Part shown: positions 46,320 through 55,484 of the stretch, in pieces
Numbering within the stretch: position 1 is the stretch's first letter
Layout of the letters: every line of letters starts with the position of its first letter
Source: an uncultured Candidatus Saccharibacteria bacterium
Lineage (GTDB): Bacteria; Patescibacteriota; Dojkabacteria; GCA-002793355
Assembly (NCBI GenBank): GCA_964525295.1
Contig: CAZGEO010000002.1
Location: 258,551-322,550, forward strand
Direction: 5' to 3'
DNA: 64,000 bases
The notes under the pieces: model-generated
Told to the model about the DNA's origin: nothing
The model's input: only the letters and a program-made list of their open reading frames with translations
Database searches by the model: none
Position numbers and translations under genes: made by a program

Positions 46320-47441
46320 TCAAGAGTCTCGACCTTCTGTAGTTTCAATAATTGTCTTTATTTCGTTTGCTATTGCAGTAGGCAAGTGTAGGATCTTTGT
46401 GTCTAAAAATCCTTGAGTGAGGATTTTGATTGATTCTGTTTCTGAAAGACCAAAGCTTGCAAGATATAAGAGTTGTTCTTCTGCTAGTTTCCCAATTGAT
46501 GCCTCGTGTGTTAGTTCGGTTCCTGGGGCGTTTGCTTCGAGTTCAGGAATCGCAGCTATGGAAGACTTTTGTGAAAGGAGTAGCCCCTGGCATTCAATAT
46601 GCGCGCGAGATGCCGAGTTCGCTCCGATTATTTTACCTTTTGTAATTACTGTTGCTGAATCTTTTGCTATTACGCGTGATACGATTTCTCCATGTGAATT
46701 TTCTCCGGAAAGGGTAATTGAGCCACCTACGTCTATTCTTGAAGCGCCTGTTCCGGTAATAAGGCTTGAAAGTATTGCTTGACTGTTGCTACCAAGTAAT
46801 TTTACTGCTGGAGCCATTTGAATATCGTGCACTGGATTCAATAAAACATAGTTTGAAATGAAAGTGGCGTTATCGTCAATAATCGCGGCACTTCTGGGCC
46901 TAACAAAGTTTTTGTCGTTCCAATTGTGAATCATGGTAAAGTTAAGGTAAGACCCAGGCTTGAGGTAAAATTCGGTTATTCCAACATGTGTTCTGATACA
47001 GTCTGACTCGTAGTAAGAACAGCCGGTAATGACATTTACATGGGCATTTTCTTCAACGACAACAAGGTTGTGCAGGTATTGTGCCGTAGCATCTTTCAGA
47101 AAGATACAGGTTTGTATCGGCAGATCTAGGGTGACGCCAGCTTTTACCCAAATGAAGTATCCTCCACCAAAATTTTCGTCGGTCAATTTGGTGTATTCAT
47201 CTTTGTTCTTGTCGATGGCTTTCCAAAAATAGTCTGCAACCCATTCGTAACGAGAAAGCGCAGTGCGCGTATCTAAAACGATAACTTTATCACGTAAATG
47301 TTCAGGTACAGCAGATAGTAGTTCTTGGGAGTCTTTAATGACATAAGCACCCGAACAACTTGCGAATTCTGGTGTAAAACCGACTTTAGTAGCTTTTGCG
47401 ACAAACTCAACTGGGATATTTTGCTCAATTGGTGAGGTCAT
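46320..47441 (-). CDS. Fe-S cluster assembly scaffold SufB/SufD-family protein
   Basis: SufBD beta-helix C-terminal signature. Downstream of sufC. Confidence 0.75.
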   Translation of the reverse strand: MTSPIEQNIPVEFVAKATKVGFTPEFASCSGAYVIKDSQELLSAVPEHLRDKVIVLDTRTALSRYEWVADYFWKAIDKNKDEYTKLTDENFGGGYFIWVKAGVTLDLPIQTCIFLKDATAQYLHNLVVVEENAHVNVITGCSYYESDCIRTHVGITEFYLKPGSYLNFTMIHNWNDKNFVRPRSAAIIDDNATFISNYVLLNPVHDIQMAPAVKLLGSNSQAILSSLITGTGASRIDVGGSITLSGENSHGEIVSRVIAKDSATVITKGKIIGANSASRAHIECQGLLLSQKSSIAAIPELEANAPGTELTHEASIGKLAEEQLLYLASFGLSETESIKILTQGFLDTKILHLPTAIANEIKTIIETTEGRDS

Positions 47442-48150
47442 AGCTACTTGTTTCTTTAATCTTATTGAGCACGTCGTTGGTATTAGTGAACTGCTTGCTG
47501 GTTGTTTTGTTAAGAACGATGGCAGAATCGGGTTTTACATACTCGAGAATTGCACCTTGATGGGTGACAATTATGGCAGATGCACCTGATTCGACTAAAT
47601 ACGTATTCAGTTCGGTTCCAATAATTTTCAAACTTTGTATATCAACACCCGAGTCTGGTTCGTCGAGCAAAAGTAGCTGCGGTTTTTGGAATAGTGTGAG
47701 TAATATGTCTGCCCGCTTACGTTCGCCACCAGAGAAGCCATGGTTGATGTCTCGGTTAAGGAATTCGAAGAGTTTGAATTTTTTGACTAAATCTATTTCA
47801 TCAAATAAGAGTAGTGTATCGGGCTTACGTTTGAGCGCAATATTTATCATATTACTTAAGGTAATTCCCCTTAAGGCTGGTGGATGCTGAAAGGTGAATT
47901 TGATGCCAAGAGCTGCACGTTCATTTGCGCTTAGTGACGTAAGTTCTTTGCCTGAGCAGGCGATTTTCCCCTTGATTGAAACATCTGGGTAGCCGAAAAT
48001 CGCCTTGAGCAATGTAGTTTTGCCAGAGCCATTTGCCCCAAGGAGCGCAGCGACCCCACTTAATGGAAGAGCAAAAGATAGATCATGCAAAATTTCCTTG
48101 TTGGCAACAGATAGAGATACTTGAGCTACTTCAAGAAGTGGCTGATTCAT
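47425..48150 (-). CDS. sufC: Fe-S cluster assembly ATPase SufC
   Basis: Walker A GANGSGKTT, ABC signature, Walker B LLLLDEPDSG. Confidence 0.85.
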   Translation of the reverse strand: MNQPLLEVAQVSLSVANKEILHDLSFALPLSGVAALLGANGSGKTTLLKAIFGYPDVSIKGKIACSGKELTSLSANERAALGIKFTFQHPPALRGITLSNMINIALKRKPDTLLLFDEIDLVKKFKLFEFLNRDINHGFSGGERKRADILLTLFQKPQLLLLDEPDSGVDIQSLKIIGTELNTYLVESGASAIIVTHQGAILEYVKPDSAIVLNKTTSKQFTNTNDVLNKIKETSSYDLTN

Positions 48151-49033
48151 CTTTGGGCATGTGTTTCGTTAAAAATTCCTTGACTGCGGTAAGCGAGTCA
48201 TCATCAAGAATGGAGCATTCGTGAAAAGGTACGTTATGTTTATTGAAATATTTTTTGACCGACTCACGTTTTTCTTGAGTCGCTTCATCATATTTGGTGA
48301 GTAAAACGACTTCGGGCATTGTTGAGAGTTTTTCAGAAATATTTGCCAGTTCTTCTCGCATTGATTCATATGCTTCAACTGGATCATCATTGTCGTAACT
48401 TACAAAATGAGCAATTAGGCGAGAATATTCAGTATGTTTTACAAATCCAGTACCTAGACCTTTGCCTTTATGTGCGTGATCAATTAATCCCGGTAAGTCG
48501 AGTAATCTAAGTCCATTCATTCGACCCAACTGCGGTTCAAGTGTGGTAAAAGCATAAGCACCAGCTTTCGCATCAGCATTAGTGATGGCGGTAAGTAGGC
48601 TCGATTTTCCAGCATTGGGGTAACCAATGAAAATAATGTCAGATTTGATTTTTAACGTTAGGGTAATTCGTGCTGTTCTACCGTCGGTATCGGTCATCAC
48701 TTTTTCTGGCTTGATTTTGTATTTCTTCATGGTGACTGAGCCTAATGTTCCTTTGCCACCAGATAGGGCTTTCACTAATTGTCCTTCTTCTGAGATAATA
48801 ATTTTCTTGCCTTCTTCAGTTGTAATTTCGGTTGTTAAGGGAACTTGTAAAATCAAGTCTTCACCCTTGCTCCCGTGTTTATCTCCTTTTTTACCATCTT
48901 CACCATTTTGCGCACGATATTTCTCTCCTTCAATGTAGGAGCGAAAACCATAGAGATGCGCTGCTCCTTTGAAGTAGACATCGCCACCGTTGCCTCCATC
49001 ACCACCATCTGGGCGCAATTGTAATGTAGCCAA
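48131..49033 (-). CDS. obg: GTPase Obg (Obg fold plus G domain, no C-terminal OCT domain). The true start is probably up to 20 codons upstream with a non-canonical initiator.
   Basis: Gly-rich Obg fold (PDGGDGGNGGDV) and G1 GYPNAGKSS. The in-frame upstream extension FIILLDTITITIQSGNGGRGS continues the conserved Obg N-terminus. Confidence 0.8.
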   Translation of the reverse strand: MATLQLRPDGGDGGNGGDVYFKGAAHLYGFRSYIEGEKYRAQNGEDGKKGDKHGSKGEDLILQVPLTTEITTEEGKKIIISEEGQLVKALSGGKGTLGSVTMKKYKIKPEKVMTDTDGRTARITLTLKIKSDIIFIGYPNAGKSSLLTAITNADAKAGAYAFTTLEPQLGRMNGLRLLDLPGLIDHAHKGKGLGTGFVKHTEYSRLIAHFVSYDNDDPVEAYESMREELANISEKLSTMPEVVLLTKYDEATQEKRESVKKYFNKHNVPFHECSILDDDSLTAVKEFLTKHMPKDESATS

Positions 49034-49106
49034 CGAGCCACGGCCTCCGTTTCCTGATTGAATTGTAATTGTGATTGTGTCGAGTAAGATAATGAATTAT
49101 AGCAGG

Positions 49107-49784
49107 TTAGCGAAAGAAAGTTACAAGTAGAAATAGAACGACAAAATATGCAGTTTGTATTAGGAATGAATGACCGAAGGTTTCGACTTTAATCTTTTCT
49201 TTTACTTTGTTACTTTGTTTTTTCCATAGAAAGCCGAGAATACTTGCAAATATTGCGCTCAGTACGAACCAACTTAAATAGTTGAGCAATGGTGGTGTGC
49301 CACCTGCCCATTGCCAGTAATTTAGCGCAATTGCGACTGGTTCAAGAACAATGTCGAAGAGAGTAGCGAAAATTGCCGTTAGGAGAATCTGAAGAGGCAA
49401 TTTTCGCACCTTAATCATTACACAAAAGAAGAAAGCTCCAAATACTACAAGAACCCAATTAACGCCAATCAATAAGGGTACGTTAAGAAAAGAGAGCCCG
49501 AGTATTGAACTGTACCAGTAATCGCCGAAAGGAAATCCAAATGCGACACCAGAGGCTTCCGCAATGAAACCTCCAAGAAAAATGACAAACGCTGACCATT
49601 TTAACGCAGAAGATTCAAAGAAGTTTGCCCGCCATAGCGTGAATATCGTCGCAATTAAAAGAAATAACGGCGTTAACTGTTGAGTAATACGCGCGAAATT
49701 TTCATTAGAAATTAATTGAGCAATAATACCCAAAAAATACAGGAGTAAAAGCACTAAGAACGTTGTTTTTGCTGAGTTACTCAT
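49107..49784 (-). CDS. Hypothetical polytopic membrane protein (6 TM)
   Basis: Hydrophobicity pattern only. Confidence 0.45.
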   Translation of the reverse strand: MSNSAKTTFLVLLLLYFLGIIAQLISNENFARITQQLTPLFLLIATIFTLWRANFFESSALKWSAFVIFLGGFIAEASGVAFGFPFGDYWYSSILGLSFLNVPLLIGVNWVLVVFGAFFFCVMIKVRKLPLQILLTAIFATLFDIVLEPVAIALNYWQWAGGTPPLLNYLSWFVLSAIFASILGFLWKKQSNKVKEKIKVETFGHSFLIQTAYFVVLFLLVTFFR

Positions 49785-49811
49785 TACTATAACTATATCA
49801 TAATGAGTAAT

Positions 49812-50975
49812 TTACAGATTTCTGACCACTTTATACAGATAGATTCCGCCAAGCGTAGCACTATTACTTGAACGTGAAACGTGAACATAGAAGGTGCCAT
49901 CAGAATCTTGAAAAATTCCTGCATAAGCAGGATTGCAAGGGAGTGGATTTGGATCTTTTCGTGGAAATGAATCTTTGGTGAATATAGGCTTTCCACTAGG
50001 AATCATTTCAGCCTCTGTCATTTTGATTGTTTTACTTCGGTGTAATACTGAAATCCATTGTTGGCTGTGAATACAGGCTAGGTTCATGTCGGCTGCCTCA
50101 CTTAACGTGTAATAGTAGCCATTATATTTAATCGTTCTCGCTGAACCGAAACCAATTGGACCAGTTGTTGCCCAATCAACATTTATTTTTAAGGCATCAT
50201 AACGATCAAGAATTGCGTCATTAATAATTACTTCCCAATTGTCGAAATCCTTTGTTTTTGCAATGCTTCGGTAACCATTAATACCATCGTAGCCATGAAA
50301 TGTAACAAAATAATAATCGTTCCTTAACTCCACAATGTCGAATGTTCCTTCATCAAGAATTTTTCCATAAGGTGAAGTTCTTGCGATGCGGGCGCAATCT
50401 GCTTCTTGATTGATGCAGATTACGCCCCATATCTCACCAGAATTAATGACAGGATTATTACTACTGTCCTTGCTGTAATTACCTATAGGAGTTGGTCCTT
50501 TATGAGTTAAGTGACAACCGTTCCAAACTCCGTTACGATCTAAACATTGAAATAAATAATGCCATATACCTGTTTGTGCATTAAAAATGATATCTCCATC
50601 TGTTGCTGCACATTCCCAAGGACTTCCAGGAATATTATCAATTATGACTATTGGTGATGTCCATGTCTTACCCTTATCTGATGATTCTCTTACTTCAATT
50701 TGCATTAATTGTTTATTTGCGCAGAATGATGGAGTATTTTGCCAAACAATTTTTCTGTTGAATAAATACCACTTTCCTCCAAATACTTCGATATGTACTC
50801 CTGCTTCAGAACCTAATTGCCAATCGGGATTATTGTGTGTATAGGTTTGATAGAGAGAAAGTGTTGCTTCATTGTTCCACAAATCTTCAACGCTAGGTCG
50901 GCTTAAAAAGGCAGTAGTTGTGGTTGAAAAGGTTGTTAAGAACAAAAAGATCGAAACTAAGAAACTTTTCAACAT
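49812..50975 (-). CDS. Secreted BNR/Asp-box repeat protein (sialidase / glycoside-hydrolase-like beta-propeller)
   Basis: N-terminal signal peptide and an SxDxGxTW Asp-box (SSDKGKTW). Confidence 0.45.
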   Translation of the reverse strand: MLKSFLVSIFLFLTTFSTTTTAFLSRPSVEDLWNNEATLSLYQTYTHNNPDWQLGSEAGVHIEVFGGKWYLFNRKIVWQNTPSFCANKQLMQIEVRESSDKGKTWTSPIVIIDNIPGSPWECAATDGDIIFNAQTGIWHYLFQCLDRNGVWNGCHLTHKGPTPIGNYSKDSSNNPVINSGEIWGVICINQEADCARIARTSPYGKILDEGTFDIVELRNDYYFVTFHGYDGINGYRSIAKTKDFDNWEVIINDAILDRYDALKINVDWATTGPIGFGSARTIKYNGYYYTLSEAADMNLACIHSQQWISVLHRSKTIKMTEAEMIPSGKPIFTKDSFPRKDPNPLPCNPAYAGIFQDSDGTFYVHVSRSSNSATLGGIYLYKVVRNL

Positions 50976-51188
50976 TATAGTAATTATATCGTACTATGGT
51001 AGACTTATTGATGGAATACAAAGTTGAAGTCATAAAAACGATACAATCATTTTGGGGAGAGGTTACGGTCCCTCAAGCAGAAATTAATCAAACGATTGCA
51101 AATTACGTCAAAGATTGCTGGGAAGTGTTTTCAATTGTCCCATTAACGCAAGCCTACGGTGCTACATCACAGTTACTAATCACGTTTG

Positions 51189-51662
51189 TTAAGAAATAGC
51201 ATTACTTTTTTTGCCGATATTATTGGCTTGACGCAATGTATTTATATCCAGTTTCTTCATTGCTAGCATAGCTTGCATACCCCCGGGGGTATCAATTAAT
51301 TCAGCAATATTCTCGGGTACAATTTGCCAACGAACACCGTATTTATCTTGACACCAACCGCATTCAGATTCGGCACCGCCATTTGTGGTAAATGCTTGCC
51401 AGAAATAATCGATCTCAGTTTGATCTTTGCATGTTATTTCGAAAGAAATTGAATCGTTAAATTCATGGTGCTTTCCGGCTGCCATAAGACCGATTCTTAG
51501 ACCTCTGATAGTCATTATGACAATGTGTGTTGTTCCTGGTGGAGTATTTTCGTATTTTTGCTCGTCTTCAATTATTGCATCTGCCGCGAATATGTCTTTA
51601 TAGTATTTTGCAACAGCTAACGCATCGGTAACGTACCAGAGAAATGGAGTAATCTTTTGCAT
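51189..51662 (-). CDS. PhnB-like VOC-family protein (the 3-demethylubiquinone-9 3-methyltransferase-like domain)
   Basis: MQKITPFLW N-terminus characteristic of this family. Confidence 0.6.
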   Translation of the reverse strand: MQKITPFLWYVTDALAVAKYYKDIFAADAIIEDEQKYENTPPGTTHIVIMTIRGLRIGLMAAGKHHEFNDSISFEITCKDQTEIDYFWQAFTTNGGAESECGWCQDKYGVRWQIVPENIAELIDTPGGMQAMLAMKKLDINTLRQANNIGKKSNAIS

Positions 51663-51695
51663 AATAGAATAGTCAATTTATTGTTTAGTATAGCA

Positions 51696-52622
51696 TCAAT
51701 ACCTTCGTTTTCTGCCTTTTCCGGCTTTGAGATTTGAATACTTTCTAAATTCACAACCTATTCCTTCCCAGTTTTCTGCACTAAGATATATAGGCTGGCC
51801 ATTTATGGTTGGGAGTAATAATTGTCTGTCGAATTTGCCAACTAAGTTCAGGTTAACCTGTTCCGGGGGCTCATTTTTATTCAATAATGCCATGATAGGT
51901 TTTGAGCCGGGGCCGATGGGGAATTCTTTATACAAATCAATGTATTGGGGGAATTGATAGGCAATATCTATAAGCACCTCTGTCCAAAGAAATTTTAACT
52001 TGAAACCAAATTCCGGCAGGATACGATCAAGTGCTTCGGTGACAGAGAATCTATTGAATCTCGAAATCGTTTTTGCGATTTTTGGAATAACAGTAGGGTA
52101 GTATAAACAAAAGAAATTTTCGCGCGTATTCCACTCAGAGCGTTGAATCGTGCTGATCGGAAATATATACGCAGTTCCATATTTAGGAGAAGGCAGACTA
52201 CGCAATTTTTCAGCGAGTTTAATGTTATTTTTATGGTTGAAATCTAGAAAACCAAGCTTGTCGATCGTTTCTGTCAGGGCGATACTCCTTGAAAAAAGCA
52301 TATTAAGTAACCAAAGTTGAAAGTTGGATTTCATATCAAGTTGTCTTTTGTGAAAGTAGAGGGTTTGCCTGTCAAATTCGCGGTAGATATTACAAAAGCG
52401 ATAATCGTTCAAAATTTTATCTTTTGTATACGGGCGAACTTCATTGTTCTGCTTCTTTTCCCAAATACGAAGTCGTTCCGCAATAAACTGAAATATTTCA
52501 TCTAAGACATGCTGATTTAATGAAATTTCCTTATTTGCTGACACAGGCTTGATAGTGTGGAATTCCCAATGATTGTATAGTTCACGGTATTGTCTTGGTA
52601 GCTCCATTGCAAATTTTTGCAT
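51696..52622 (-). CDS. Hypothetical protein (308 aa), unknown function
   Basis: ORF with a conserved-looking block W-x-K-x8-YTKD-x-IL-x-YRFCNIYREFDRQT. No confident assignment. Confidence 0.45.
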   Translation of the reverse strand: MQKFAMELPRQYRELYNHWEFHTIKPVSANKEISLNQHVLDEIFQFIAERLRIWEKKQNNEVRPYTKDKILNDYRFCNIYREFDRQTLYFHKRQLDMKSNFQLWLLNMLFSRSIALTETIDKLGFLDFNHKNNIKLAEKLRSLPSPKYGTAYIFPISTIQRSEWNTRENFFCLYYPTVIPKIAKTISRFNRFSVTEALDRILPEFGFKLKFLWTEVLIDIAYQFPQYIDLYKEFPIGPGSKPIMALLNKNEPPEQVNLNLVGKFDRQLLLPTINGQPIYLSAENWEGIGCEFRKYSNLKAGKGRKRRY

Positions 52623-52702
52623 TAATTCGAAAGATATTCAAATTTATAAAAATGTTTCGGGGAATAAGTTGAAAATCTTTTTTATTAATGCCATAACGTA
52701 GT

Positions 52703-53080
52703 ATGTTAAAAATCTTTATTGCAATACTTTTAGTTTTAGTTGTCATTTTTGTGGTCCCCATTGTCGTCTATGGTATTTTATCGCCTGTACTAGGTATTAA
52801 GACACCAGAAGGAGCATCTCCCATGCTATTTTTATTAAGCGTTTTCGTTACAAAAATTGGCACGGCCATTGGCTTTGTTATATTGTTTTATTTAGCGCGT
52901 GCGTATTTCAGCGATAATTGGCTGATTTATGCCCTCATTTGGTTCGGGATGTATACAGTCAACGAAATTGGACAGGCCATTATCCCAACTTATTCATGGA
53001 AAGAAGCACTTGCCGGAGTTATTTCTGAGGCAATGTATTTTCCGCTAGCTGCAATAATTACGAAAAGTCTTGTTTCGTAA
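52703..53080 (+). CDS. Small hypothetical membrane protein (4 TM, 125 aa)
   Basis: Hydrophobicity pattern only. Confidence 0.35.
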   Translation: MLKIFIAILLVLVVIFVVPIVVYGILSPVLGIKTPEGASPMLFLLSVFVTKIGTAIGFVILFYLARAYFSDNWLIYALIWFGMYTVNEIGQAIIPTYSWKEALAGVISEAMYFPLAAIITKSLVS

Positions 53081-53097
53081 TTGAACATTCTGTTTGT

Positions 53098-54114
53098 CTA
53101 CGAAAACTTTTCAAAAGTCTCGATCACTTTGAATTCATCAGACAATTGACAGAATTTGTCGTCAAAATCGTTGTTCTTGATACCAGCAATTATTGCTTTG
53201 ACCATGTACTTCATGGATCTACTAATAAGCGAATTTCCAAGAGTAATTTCTGGCATGGTGTCTTCAATTTTTATCTGTTCTAGTGGTTGATTATTTGAGT
53301 AGCTTACCCACAACCCTTTCTGGTCTGAGTATAAGGCAATACCCTTTGTTCCGATAATTTCGAGAGTAAAATCTTTATAGCCCTGGCAATAGGTATCATT
53401 TGCAAGCTGAATAGAAACCTCATCACTTGTTACAAATGTAGCAGAAAATTGACTGTCTGAAGTTGCAGGTTCTTCAAAGCGAGAATCTTGATAGGCGATT
53501 TTGTTCAGACAACCCGTAGTTATGAAGGGGGTTCCTAGCAAATAATTAACAAGATCTAATTGATGCGTACCAACTGAGTATACTTGTCCACCACCGAGTT
53601 CGAGTTTCTGATTCCAATTCTCTTTGTAATCTTCGCGCGAATACCAATTGAGATATGCATTCGAGCGGATTGTAAGGATTTTGCCGAACTTTCGCTCGGC
53701 AATAAGAACTTTTAAGTATGCAACAACTGGACTAAATCGAGCTTCGTGATTAACTACAACGCGTTGCTTTTTCTTTGATGCAGAGGCAATCATTTCGCAA
53801 AGTTCTTTGCTGTTGAGTGCCGCAGGCTTTTCGATGAGAATTGGCGTGTCAAATTGTAGTGCAAAATCAAACATTTCTTTGTGGGCTGAACTAACGCTCG
53901 CAATTATTATCAAGTCAAATTTCTGTGATTTGAGCATTTCTTGCCAGTCAAGAAACGTCTTAACATCTCGAATTTCTTCCGCAATTTTTTCTAGCTTTGC
54001 TGGGGTGCGTCCTGACATTGATATTTCTATTGACGGATCAATGGCCCTGAAATTCTGAGCAATGACTTTTCCGAAGCCTGTGCCGATTATGGCAATTTTC
54101 AATTGATTTTGCAT
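53098..54114 (-). CDS. Gfo/Idh/MocA-family NAD(P)-dependent oxidoreductase
   Basis: N-terminal Rossmann IAIIGTGFG. Characteristic two-domain length. Confidence 0.75.
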   Translation of the reverse strand: MQNQLKIAIIGTGFGKVIAQNFRAIDPSIEISMSGRTPAKLEKIAEEIRDVKTFLDWQEMLKSQKFDLIIIASVSSAHKEMFDFALQFDTPILIEKPAALNSKELCEMIASASKKKQRVVVNHEARFSPVVAYLKVLIAERKFGKILTIRSNAYLNWYSREDYKENWNQKLELGGGQVYSVGTHQLDLVNYLLGTPFITTGCLNKIAYQDSRFEEPATSDSQFSATFVTSDEVSIQLANDTYCQGYKDFTLEIIGTKGIALYSDQKGLWVSYSNNQPLEQIKIEDTMPEITLGNSLISRSMKYMVKAIIAGIKNNDFDDKFCQLSDEFKVIETFEKFS

Positions 54115-54132
54115 AAATAATTATATAAAAGA

Positions 54133-54561
54133 TTATTTCATAACACTGACTTTATACTCGATCACTTTTCTCAAATTCTCAAGGATATCTTCTTCAGTAA
54201 TTTTGAATATTAATGGCTTAGACTTGCCAACGTTTTTGGCTGCTTTGAACGTATTTTTTAGCACTTCGTCGATAGATAGTTTATATACGTCATTTATGTA
54301 TCTTTCTGGTAAATATATCGTGGCTTGCATATATCCTGGCCACGCTGACATCCAAAGTATAGTTTTATTTTTTTTCTGTACTTTACATAACCATGATTTT
54401 CCATCATTGTAGTAGCGCCATTCAATTAAGAAACCGTAATCTTCAAATAGCGCTAGGAGTTTTAAGTATGGGGAATATCCATCTTGAAGAATATTCTTTA
54501 AGATTTCATGAGTTGGGTAGACATTCTTGTCTCTTAGTTCGGTTATGTTAATGGTCGCCAT
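54133..54561 (-). CDS. Hypothetical protein (142 aa; DUF3788-like by recollection)
   Basis: ORF in an operon-like array. No motif. Confidence 0.4.
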   Translation of the reverse strand: MATINITELRDKNVYPTHEILKNILQDGYSPYLKLLALFEDYGFLIEWRYYNDGKSWLCKVQKKNKTILWMSAWPGYMQATIYLPERYINDVYKLSIDEVLKNTFKAAKNVGKSKPLIFKITEEDILENLRKVIEYKVSVMK

Positions 54562-54562
54562 G

Positions 54563-55123
54563 TTAGTTATTCACTATTAAATCTAGTAGGAATGGAAATT
54601 CTTTGTAAGTTTCCCCTGCTGTGCTTATACTGAAATGCGCTTGACCTCGAAGTAAGATTAGTGTGCCGTCAACTTTTTCTCGTAAATACTGTGCATGGGC
54701 TAGTGGGCAATAGGGGTCATTATCAGAATGAATAAACATAAAGCTCTTGGCCTTGGTTTTAATTTTTTCAAAATTGAAAGGTTTCAGAAAAAGTTCATCG
54801 AGAGCATCCCAATTCAAATTATCTTTGAATGAACCTACAAGGTAGCAGGTATTAACTGTAACGTCTTCTGGCAGCGCTTCGAGTAATCCAAAAATTGCTA
54901 CTGCACCTGAAGAATGACCGATCAGAATTGTGTCTTTGTTAAATTTGATAGCACTATTGCCAAGAAGAAAGTCATTGTATTTTTGAATGTTTGGCTTGTC
55001 ACAATCTGGTAATTGTGGCGCGTAGACTTGATAGTTAACCGCCTCTAATTCATTTTTTAACCAAGGAAACCAATTTTTATTTGGATTGTCTGAGGTTCCA
55101 TGCAGTATAAGAGCATTTTTCAT
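54563..55123 (-). CDS. YdeN/RBBP9-like alpha/beta serine hydrolase
   Basis: ILHG N-terminus, GHSSGA nucleophile elbow, about 186 aa. Confidence 0.6.
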   Translation of the reverse strand: MKNALILHGTSDNPNKNWFPWLKNELEAVNYQVYAPQLPDCDKPNIQKYNDFLLGNSAIKFNKDTILIGHSSGAVAIFGLLEALPEDVTVNTCYLVGSFKDNLNWDALDELFLKPFNFEKIKTKAKSFMFIHSDNDPYCPLAHAQYLREKVDGTLILLRGQAHFSISTAGETYKEFPFLLDLIVNN

Positions 55124-55482
55124 AATGATTCTTTTTCAATTTGAATAATTTGTTCAATATAATACTTGCATCTCTTTTTCTCAATCTCTTCAACATTTTG
55201 AAGTGTAATATGCCTACGCCATTTTCCTTCACCTTGTAATACTGAGTATTTATCGGTCAACTCATTGCCACGGCTGAATACGAGTGACACATGTTTTGAA
55301 CTTACATAAAGCCCCCCAATTAAAACATTTTTTATATAAAACCCAATACCACCGTAGATGAATTTTTCTTCTAGATCAGGGGAAACTAGGTAAAACAGAG
55401 AGTATAGAGATTTTATGATTTCTGCCTTTGTGGGATCTATGGTTTCGAGCTCAGAGATAAACTGTTTGATTTTGCGATCCAT
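55120..55482 (-). CDS. Small DUF1801-like protein
   Basis: Size and pattern only. Confidence 0.4.
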   Translation of the reverse strand: MDRKIKQFISELETIDPTKAEIIKSLYSLFYLVSPDLEEKFIYGGIGFYIKNVLIGGLYVSSKHVSLVFSRGNELTDKYSVLQGEGKWRRHITLQNVEEIEKKRCKYYIEQIIQIEKESL

Positions 55483-55484
55483 GA

